DNA from: Octopus vulgaris
Lineage: Eukaryota
Assembly (NCBI GenBank): GCA_951406725.2
Contig: OX597814.1
Span: 16,120,001 to 16,184,000 of the forward strand
Direction of reading: 5' to 3'
DNA length: 64,000 nucleotides
The notes under the pieces are model-generated. The model had not been told where the DNA came from, searched no databases, and worked only from the letters and a program-made list of their open reading frames with translations. Below are positions 52,900 through 64,000 of this stretch, one piece after another (positions within the stretch are counted from its first letter, which is position 1; each line of letters begins with the position of its first letter). A program made the position numbers and the translations under genes.

Positions 52900-54000
52900 T
52901 ACCACATTTTACATAGTCAAGCGTATCAATGATTATAGGTATCAATAAAATCGGCGTATAGAGACTATAATTATAACCTTCGGATCATTTGACTGATATA
53001 TTTTCACTGATATAGGAGAAAAATGTTTACGTTTAACGGACATCTAACCACTGTAATTGAACATGATTTTATGTCTTGTATTGATCAGCTCTACCAGGCG
53101 ATCAATATTAGTAGAAGTTTTGTAAAACGCTTAACCAATATTTCTTGAGTTGAAACATATGCAAATTAAGAAAAGGACATATTTTTTTCTTATTTAGTCG
53201 GAGCAGCAGACCTGAAGGTGGGCATTCTGTATTAATTGAGCAAGGTCATTTGAGTATCGTATCTTAATGAGATTATGTAATGCCACTGACCATATTAGTG
53301 CCATTCTCATGTGACAATCTATGCTTTCAGTCATCTATTCGAATTTAAGTACCATACTGTCTCTTTCTTCATTAAGTACCTCACTGTTTTTTTTTCTTTA
53401 TAGGTGATTTTGAAGCTTATAACTTTACTATCGAAGCGGTTATAAGCTTCAAAATTTGCTGAAATGAAATGTTTGGGAATATTCAAGAGGCAGTGTTCCA
53501 AGATAAAATTAACATTGCCCTCAAATGTACAAGAAATATATACATGAATACCATTCACATGTTATGCATGTTGTGAACCGTCCAGGTCTTTGTTGAGTTG
53601 GTAATTGGTAGCTGTGTCTTGTGATTGGATTTCGAAGATTTCAGTTCTTAAGAATTTCATATTTTGAGTTAATTTTTTGAAAGGACATCATGAGAAGTTT
53701 GAGAAGTTTGTTCTTGAGTCTTACTCTTCATTCGTTCACTTTCAACTCGTACGTTTTGAGTGCTGTTATTTTGTAAAAACAAACTGAGTAACACCATACA
53801 ACACTGAAACAATATCTAGATTGAATATGAATTGATTTCAGCTTTAATCTATTTTGAAAGAGGAACAAGTAGAATGTACTACGACACTTACAGAAGATGA
53901 TTAAAAAAAACACTGGTGGAAAGCCACTATTTACGCAGGCCTTGATCTTGCCTAACTTTTGTCCACGCCATCTCTTCCTTCACTGCATCGACCGCTTGCT
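52900..54000 (-). pseudogene. Possible highly decayed Penelope-type RT
   Basis: Weak ordered echoes: IKACVNSG (cf. IKxADKG), LYGVTQ (cf. FYGLPK), NFILEHCLLNIPKHF, 'gagacagtatggtact' (cf. GTAMGT). Confidence 0.35.
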
Positions 54001-55125
54001 TGATCTCACGCCCAATCATAGTCCTTTCAAATACTTCTCAATGGAAATATACCAGTCGTGTCACTATCAGCAAGAACAAGAAACATAGGCTATTCAAGAA
54101 CAAGTAAGTATTATCACATCACAACCTGCTTAAACATGAAAAGCACAAAACAGAGGACCTCAAAATATTTCAAAATATTTGGCCTCGCTAAAACTGAGAA
54201 TTTTCCTACTGAAAGTACAGCAACAAAATCCTCCGATTGCTTGTCGTATCTAGTTCGTAAATTGTCTCATACCTTAATTGCTGACAGTTTACAAACTTAC
54301 CGGAGTATTGCTCCAATATCTAGGATGGAACTGCTACTGGACAGTCAGACACATGCAGAAAAGAATAATTAAGCTAATTGATATGGAATAGCATAGAGAC
54401 GTGATTCATCCTCAGGCCATTGTCTCTTATCAACGCATTATTACCACGACCGTGATAGTATTGACCTCTCGGAATTGACTAGTTTCGTGTGATATCTACT
54501 GAAATTTAATCAAACAAAGCGACACTATATTTCTACTCAGGCATTTAAAATCTCCATTTAGTAAAGCACGCCATGAACCAATACACAAGATCTATCCTTT
54601 CCAGAACGCCTTCCCTGCAGTATATTTTCTGCACATGTTTATTTCGCTAAGTATAAAGAAGAAAAAAACGGTTTCAATCTCAGTAGTGTCAGATATATTC
54701 TATATCATTTCAGAATTTCTCCCAGGCGTTACCCATTGCAATGCGTCTTGGCCTAACGGCCATTAATATTTGTCTTCACCGATTGTTTACTCTGTACGTC
54801 CACCCAGTCGTTGTTTGTTCGTTCGAAGCTCTAACCTCTCCACAAATTTTATATTTAAAAAAGTTGTGAATGCTGCTGTTTCATGAAGTTTTCCTATATT
54901 GTCGTTGAAAGCTCAAAATAGGGAGTAATTAACAGTCGACAACTGAGGAGGTTTTAGATTTCTTGTGGAATTTTGTCCTGTACTGTATGTTTGTATATAA
55001 ATATATATACATACGTACATACATACATGCATGCATACTTACATACGTACATACTATATACAAGTATATATACGTACATACATACATACATACATTCATA
55101 CACATATACATACATACATACATAC

Positions 55126-55201
<76 letters not shown>

Positions 55202-55204
<3 letters not shown>

Positions 55205-55478
55205 ACAGGCGCTGCTCTGTTTAACATTGTCCCCAAATTGATTAAAGAAGAAAAGGATCCCATCACCGCGTTTAAACGGAATCTGGGCAGATTTCTTCAA
55301 GGAATACCAGATAAGCCACCCATGCCTGGATACAAAGCACTCAACAAGAACTCACTTATTGAATGGACCATAAACAAAACTTGACTTAAAATGGATTTAG
55401 ATAATCCTATTAGGTGGTGCTATTAAGTTAGACATGGCCTGGACCAATCTTTGGTCGAAACATATCTAAGTTTTATCT
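55202..55478 (+). mobile_element. CR1-type LINE 3' end (second family) inside (TA)n
   Basis: Open frame [16 protein letters not shown]...[16 protein letters not shown]...NSLIEW; 3' stem-loop gacca-atctt-tggtc followed by gaaac. Confidence 0.85.
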
Positions 55479-55748
55479 ATATATATATATATATATATAT
55501 AGTGAGAAGTTGAGGTTATAAGAGATAATGGTATCACTGAGACCCAAAGGTGTCAGGTAATGCTGAATAAGTGCTATAGACAGACCATAGTTAATCTCCA
55601 GATTCGGTAATATTGTGAATAAAGGGTTCAACGTTAGTTCTATATCAGCGAGTGTATATAAGATTTTTTTGCCTAATAAGATAAAAAACCAAGGCTGTAT
55701 GCTCTCATATCTAAACAGTCTTGGTTTCTTTTTATCATATTACGCAAT

Positions 55749-55824
<76 letters not shown>

Positions 55825-55853
55825 ATTCATATGCATATAATCACACACTCGCA

Positions 55854-55890
<37 letters not shown>

Positions 55891-56879
55891 ATGCGTAAAT
55901 AAAACATAAGACAAGTGAGGTTAGAGAGTAAATGTCTAATTCATATTTTATTTATGTTTATACACATGTGAGTTTGTGTGTGTGTGTGTATGTGCGTGTG
56001 TGTGTGTGTGATTGTGTGTATGTGTGTGTGTTTGTGTCTGTGTGTGTATAAAAATATATGTAAATATATATACATATCGATGCTTGTATGTGTCAATGCG
56101 TCTAGCCGGAAAAAAAACAAACTCTTGTTATATTGCTTGAATGATTTTTGTCTCTGCCACATTAGTGTGTTGTTTATAAGTCATCAAAAAGAAAAAGCCT
56201 AACAGTGTATGACAGTACAGAAGCCAAAGAAATCGCATAAGTTTTGTTATGTGAGACTTATTTACTAGATAAACAGCAGTGGTCTACGATACTTACATTG
56301 TAAATAACAGTAACATTAATAATTAAAGTAATATCTTCTCACAGATGACTTATGTAGATATATTGTAGAGCCACCCGTTATGTGCTCACGTATGTATAGA
56401 GAAATAGATAAATACACACGGACAGAAAAACAAACACTTGAATACGCAAACCAAAAAATATATTCATATCTGTAGATTGAGAAACAAAGAGAGAGAGAGA
56501 GAGAGAGAGGGAGAGAGGATGTAAATATACTTCAGCTGTATGTATAGCTACGGGTGTGTGTTTGTGTACGAAGGTGTGTGCGCTACAGGTTGTAGAGGTG
56601 TACATAAATAAAGCAAAATTATGCATGCCATGTATATACATATATATACAAGCAAACAAAGGCACATATATACGTATACACTTGTGCCAGAGCTTAAATG
56701 GTGGTGCACCAGCATGGCCGCAGCTTACTATCTGTGACTAGGAGAGACATAAATATATATACGTGCGTATACTTACACACACACACACACACGTCCATGC
56801 ACAAACACACACAATCATATATATATATATATATTCATATACACACAAATGACGAGCTTGTTAGTGTCTGTGGGCGTAG

Positions 56880-56923
<44 letters not shown>

Positions 56924-57164
56924 CTCTCTATCTTTCTCCCTCCCTCGCTCTCCCTCTCCCTCTCTTTGAATTATTGAATATATATGTATACACATAAAAA
57001 ACAGGCGTGCGGTCATATCTATATGTATATGCACAGATATATCGATGTGTATATATAAACTATATATATATATGTGTGTGTGTGTTGTGTGTGTGTGTGT
57101 GTTGCTATCAATCTATTTATCTATCTCAATTTACCTAACTATCTCTTTATCTCTCTCTCTCCAT

Positions 57165-57167
57165 CTT

Positions 57168-57237
<70 letters not shown>

Positions 57238-57319
57238 ACTCTATCTGACTGCCTCACCGGTTGTCGATCTATCTATCTGTCTGTCTGTCTATCTACTTAT
57301 CTATCTATCTACCTATCTA

Positions 57320-57390
<71 letters not shown>
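57165..57390. repeat. (TATC)n/(TC)n/(TA)n compound microsatellite
   Basis: Direct reading. Confidence 0.93.
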
Positions 57391-57393
<3 letters not shown>

Positions 57394-57540
57394 TGTAGGG
57401 GCGGCTGTGTGGCAGCAGCTTGCTTACCAACCACATGGCTCCGGGTTCAGTCCCACTGCGTGGATACTTGGTCAAGTGTCTTCTACTATAGCCTCGGGCA
57501 GAACTAAAGCCTAGTGAGTGGACTTGGTAGACGGAAATTG
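57391..57540 (+). mobile_element. SINE B 5' half
   Basis: 'ggctgtgtggcagcagcttgcttaccaaccacatggctccgggttcagtcccactgcgtgg...caagtgtcttctactatagcctcgggc'. Confidence 0.9.
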
Positions 57541-58436
57541 TCTACCAAATATTGTATATATATATATATATATAAATATGTATATATACATGTATTTATT
57601 TATACGTGCATATATATATATATACACATCATTAAAAATAATTTTATAATATAAATACGCATGCGTGTGCATCCATATGCATATACACAATTTTGTGTTT
57701 GTTTGTGTGTGTATGCGCGCGTCAACACATATCCATGGATATATACACATAGACACACAGACACACACACACACGCACTCACACACACATGGGAAATACA
57801 CGCACATATATATGACGAATAAGTGATAGGAAAAATGTACTCCCTATAGATAACCACGTAGGCTGAACGTAGAATGTATGCCACTACACGTCAAAACGCT
57901 AGTATACTAATCGTATTAATGTAAAAAAACACCTGTACAAAATCGCGGCAATCAGGCTCGCTCCCTCTCACTACCTTTGTGTGTGTGTCTTTCTCACACT
58001 CCTTCTTTCGATCTCTCTCTCGCGCACTCACATTTTGCATGCATGTATATATATACGAATTAATGAATATATACGTATACGAAAACAAACAGGCGAGCGT
58101 GCACATGTATATGTATACACAGAAAAATCCATGTTTATATATAAACATATATATATATATATATCTATATATATGATCATGGATAAGTCCACATGCACAT
58201 CGTGGATGAATATTAGTAAATTACGTATATGGTGAAATCTGTACTAGTTCACGTTAAGTTTCTCAAATGCATTCCTGTTCACGCATATTACATAGAAATA
58301 TATTATTTTGTGAAATGTTCGTCTACATTATATTATCGACTTAAAGATATATAATAAAACTACATATCTATTGCATGTATCTGTACAAAAACACACACAC
58401 ATATATATATATACACAAATATATATATATATATAC

Positions 58437-58497
<61 letters not shown>

Positions 58498-58547
58498 CAC
58501 AAATATATATAGATATATATAAATATATATACAGACATATATATATA

Positions 58548-58600
<53 letters not shown>

Positions 58601-58929
58601 ACATATATATATACATATATATACACATATATATACATGTATAAATATATATACATATATATATAAGTATATATTTATACATGTATATATATGTGTATAT
58701 ATATATATACATATACATGCTCACACACACACACACACACACACGTACACATATATACATATTAACTTCAGTCATATCAAATCGACATCACGACTTAAAT
58801 ATTGTAAACATAGTAATTATTCTATCGGCTACATTTGCCGAACTGCTCAGTTTCGGGCACATAAACACACCAACGTCGGTTGTGTAGTGATGTAAGGGGG
58901 AAAAACAGCATAAAAACTCATAAGTAAAC

Positions 58930-59129
<200 letters not shown>

Positions 59130-59164
59130 GTCTGTCTATCCAGCTATCTATGACTCTATCTTCT

Positions 59165-59798
59165 ATTCTTTTACATATTTGTCAGTAATTTGAATTCAGT
59201 TTTACTGGGGCACTGAATTTAGTCGGACAAATTAACACAAGGACTTTTTGTAAGTCTATTATTTAATGTATCGATTTCTTTTGCCAACCGTTAAGCTACG
59301 TGGACGTAAACACATCAGTTGACAAGTGATGGTGGGGGGCAGACACAGATTCACACACGTAAATATATACATACACACACATAATATATATATATATTTA
59401 AGGCGGCGAGCTGGCAGAAAAGTTAGCACGCCGGGCGAAATGCGTAGCCGCATTTCGTCTGTCGTTACGTTCTGAGTTCAAATTCTGCTGAGGTCAACTT
59501 TGCCTTTCATCCTTTCGGGGTCGATAAATTAAGTACCAGTTACGCACTGGGGTCGATATAATTGACTTAATCCGTTTGTCTGTCCTTGTTTGTCCCCCCT
59601 GTGTTTAGCTCCTTGTGGATAGTAAAATATATACATATATATATATATGTATATATATATTTTTTTTCTAGTTTCAGCTCAGAGCTTCTTTCAGTATCTG
59701 TCTAACAAATCCACCCACAGGACACTATAGTACAAGGGACTGAGCCAGGGACCATGCAGTTGGGAAGCAAGCTTTCTTATCACAGAGTGGCTCCTATA
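59165..59798 (-). mobile_element. Degenerate SINE B split by a SINE A insertion
   Basis: Tail half about 59165-59360; head half about 59684-59798. Confidence 0.78.
59400..59628 (+). mobile_element. Full-length SINE A (long tail) nested in the SINE B microsatellite
   Basis: Closely matches 35653-35884. Confidence 0.93.
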
Positions 59799-59851
<53 letters not shown>

Positions 59852-60308
59852 GATGACTTAATCTGTCCGCTAAAACCAATTGAAATCGGTTTTCGTGCCT
59901 TTCCCTTCTTGTAATACGCCGATTCGGCCTACAAAATGAAGTACCAGATTTTCAAGATGGAATGTACTGGGGTCGATATATTCGACTCAAATACTTCAGG
60001 ACGGTGCGGTACCATGGCCGCCGTCCAATTACTAAAACCAGTAAAAGATGAAAGACAAAATATATGTATATGTTTAAATATATTTATAGAAATATGGTTA
60101 TTTCATAATTTGTTAGGTTTTGGCCAGGATTAGCTCAGGTCATGTAAAGTATATAAGGTAAGGTATATAAGTATGTATTTATATATAAATATATATAAAT
60201 ATATATATATATATACATATGTGTGTGTTTTTGTGTGTGTGTGTGTGCGTGCGTGTGTATATGCATACACATATATACATATATATGTACATATATACAT
60301 ATATGTAC

Positions 60309-60339
<31 letters not shown>

Positions 60340-60378
60340 CACACACAAAACACACACACATCTATCTATATCTATCGT

Positions 60379-60450
<72 letters not shown>

Positions 60451-61052
60451 TATATAAGTGCATAAATGCATATATGTACATATATATGTATATACATATG
60501 TATAAATATATGTATATATGTGTATACAAAATGCGCACACATCTATCTATATCTCTCTCTATATATACATATACATATATGCATACATATATACATACAT
60601 AAATATATGCATATATACTAATGTATACATACATATATACATAGTTATATATATATATTCATATATATATACAACATATATATGTATATACATATACATT
60701 TATGTATATATGTATACATACATAAATATACGTATATATATATATATACATATATACATTTGCATAAATGTATATTTATATACGTACATGCACACAGATA
60801 GATATTGAGATAGATAGATGGATACACACATACATACATACTGTGAGGTAGATACAAGTATAGGCTAGCACATAGTACAGTGAGTATGCTCCTCACTATA
60901 TCTATTCCCTATATCTATTCCGTGTCTATGCACACGCTGGAAGGGTGTGAGATAATTTCACACGATGTTAAATTAGCTTGCGTGTATGTGTAGTCTTGTG
61001 CTTGTGAGCGCATTTATGTGTATATATATATATATACGTACACACACACATA

Positions 61053-61089
<37 letters not shown>

Positions 61090-61175
61090 GCATATATGTA
61101 TGCACATTTTATATGTACATATTTATGCATATACTTACGTATGAACTCACACGAATTCCTACACAATTATTACGC

Positions 61176-61216
<41 letters not shown>

Positions 61217-61249
61217 TAAACACACATACACATATACATACTCAAATAT

Positions 61250-61490
61250 TCAAAAGTGACAGAGAGTCCTACATGGTGTGAATATAGGTGCCTTCAAAAC
61301 AAATATAGATTGCCTTTTGTCAAGTGTTTCGGATGAGCCTATCTCACGGCATGAAAAAAGGTGAAGACAGCAGCGTCATACTCCCTCATTCAAAATGTCA
61401 CGTCCCAGAGGATATTTCAAATTATGATGGTGTAAAAAAGACAACGATTGTGCCCTAGCACGGCCAGACCTTTCGATCTGACACTGGCTA
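61250..61490 (+). mobile_element. Degenerate CR1-type LINE 3' end
   Basis: LHGVNIGAFKTNIDCLLSSVSDEPISRHE versus LHGVVVGFFKTKLDLFL...PDEPTSRQE near 25.8 kb; tail 'gtgccctagcacggcc'. Confidence 0.78.
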
Positions 61491-61494
61491 CAGT

Positions 61495-61497
<3 letters not shown>

Positions 61498-61583
<86 letters not shown>

Positions 61584-61584
61584 C

Positions 61585-61618
<34 letters not shown>
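61498..61618. repeat. (AAT)n array
   Basis: Direct reading. Confidence 0.95.
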
Positions 61619-62414
61619 TATATATACATATATATAAATCAATATATGTATAGACATATATACATATATATGAATTTATATTTATGTATATATGTATGCA
61701 CATATCTATCTATCTATCCATCTATATATGATTATATATATATATATCCTACCTACATATATATTCATGTATATACACGTATAATTGTCTGTGCGTGTGT
61801 GCGTAAGTGTGTGTGTTTGTGTGTATGTGTGGGGGCCGGTATGTTTGTGGTTATATGTGTCTGAACAAATATTTCAGTATGCTAATGAAGGACATATTCA
61901 CCTTAATAAACTTATATAACTTTGCAACGAATTTTGCAAGGCACGATATGATACAGACATGCACCAATTTCTTCGTGCGTGCGTGTGTGTGTGTGTGTGT
62001 GTGTGTGTTCGTGTGTGTGTGTGAGAGTGTGTGTATCTGTGTCTGTATTTCTGTGTGTGGGAGTGTGGATGTGCTTGATTTTGTATGTATATATATGTGT
62101 GTGTGTGTATGTATATGATGGGGCAAAACTATCGCCCATATTTTGTACATAAATGGTCAACATAGATATTTAAGCATTCACTCTTAACAAAAAGTTATTT
62201 GTAATATATTTTAATTTAGCGCTTTAATATATATATATTATATGTACATTATCATGAAGACAACCGGTCAGATATGCATACGTACAAGGGAATAATTATA
62301 CGAAGATATATGCGTATGTATGTGTGTGTGTGTAGTTATGCGGGTTTGTGCGCATATATATAGGTATATCAATATATATCATCAATATATTTATCACTTT
62401 ATGTATACACACAA

Positions 62415-62493
<79 letters not shown>

Positions 62494-62597
62494 TATATAT
62501 ATGTATATATATATAGATACATATATATGTATATATATGCATATATATATGTATATATATATATAGATACATATATATGTATATATATGCATATTTC

Positions 62598-62727
62598 TTT
62601 TTTACTTGTTTCAGTCATTTGACTGCGGCCATGCTGGAGCACCACCTTTAATCGAGCAAATCGACCCCGGGACTTATTCTTTGTAAGCCCAGTACTTATT
62701 CTAACGGTCTCTTTTGCCGAACCGCTA
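62598..62727 (-). mobile_element. Well-preserved 5'-truncated SINE B tail inside (TA)n
   Basis: 'tttacttgtttcagtcatttgactgcggccatgctggagcacc...ttttgccgaaccgcta'. Confidence 0.92.
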
Positions 62728-62732
62728 TAAAC

Positions 62733-62797
<65 letters not shown>

Positions 62798-63013
62798 TAC
62801 ATAAGTACATAGAATTTGTTTTCAACCTGTAATGTTACAATATAATCAGTTTTATATTTGGCGGAAGGATTCATCAGCGAACTTTTCAGGATTCATTTTC
62901 AATACTTTAACAAGAACGATATCATCACCGGACAGTCCAACGGTGATTTAACGGGTCGAAACTTCCAAACCACAATTTAAAATGATATACGTGAGTGTTT
63001 GTATATATATACT

Positions 63014-63074
<61 letters not shown>

Positions 63075-63077
63075 ATA

Positions 63078-63122
<45 letters not shown>

Positions 63123-63254
63123 GAGCGTTATACTAATACATCCACCACCTGTCTTCGTCTTTTCTTTTTTTCGTAAGCTATCCCTATATATATATATTTA
63201 TGTATACATGAATATATGTGTGTGTTTGTCTGTGTGTGTGTATGAATGTGTAAT

Positions 63255-63352
63255 ACGTTGCACATTGGGCAAGTGCATTCCACTACAGCCTCGGGCCACC
63301 CAAAGCCTTGAGAATGGATTTGGGTGGCGGAAACTGAAAGAAGCCCATCATG
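63255..63352 (+). mobile_element. SINE B middle fragment
   Basis: 'ttgggcaagtg...gcctcgggccacccaaagccttgagaatggatttgg...ggaaactgaaagaagccc'. Confidence 0.82.
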
Positions 63353-63378
63353 TATATATATATGTGTATGTATTTATA

Positions 63379-63529
<151 letters not shown>

Positions 63530-63935
63530 ATTTTTTAATATACATATAAATACAAATACATGTATATATATAATTATTTGTATAGAAATGTATATGCATG
63601 TGTGTGTAGTCTTCCCTGTACATCCCTTTAACAAAAAAGACCCTTACATTATCTATAATGCTGAAAATATATTGGTATTGGTATTTGATAATTAGACGAA
63701 AAGCTGATTAAAGCAGTGCTCCAGTATGGCCCCCCTCTAATGAAAGATACAATAAAAAGTATTAGAATAGATAAAAGAGATACATATTCAAAACAACTCG
63801 CACACATTGATACATATATACACACACATGCACACATTGTGTTATATACAAATAGACATCTGATTTTGTATACATGTGCACACATACACACATTTATATA
63901 TATATATACATACATATATATGTATAATATATATT

Positions 63936-64000
<65 letters not shown>

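Overview
AT-rich eukaryotic DNA with no host protein-coding exon I can support; it reads as intergenic or large-intron sequence. It is most likely from an octopus or related coleoid cephalopod, inferred from recalled SINE families and extreme microsatellite density, not from a database search. Nearly all ORFs in the supplied track are translations of (TA)n, (CA)n or (AAT)n microsatellites. Real coding signal comes only from transposon remnants: several R4/Dong-type RLE retrotransposons beside (TAA)n arrays, CR1-type LINE pieces, an RTE, an L1/Tx1 piece, Penelope-like (PLE) remnants, and two Tc1/mariner remnants (D37D and D41D spacing). At least four SINE families are present. Most notable: a well-formed minimal hammerhead ribozyme with a swapped G3-C8 core (6810-6859, minus; decayed second copy near 41.8 kb), a covarying 3' stem-loop shared by a CR1-type LINE and a modular SINE, microsatellite-specific insertion patterns, and several long hairpins. 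Coordinates were counted by hand; ends of degenerate elements are approximate.
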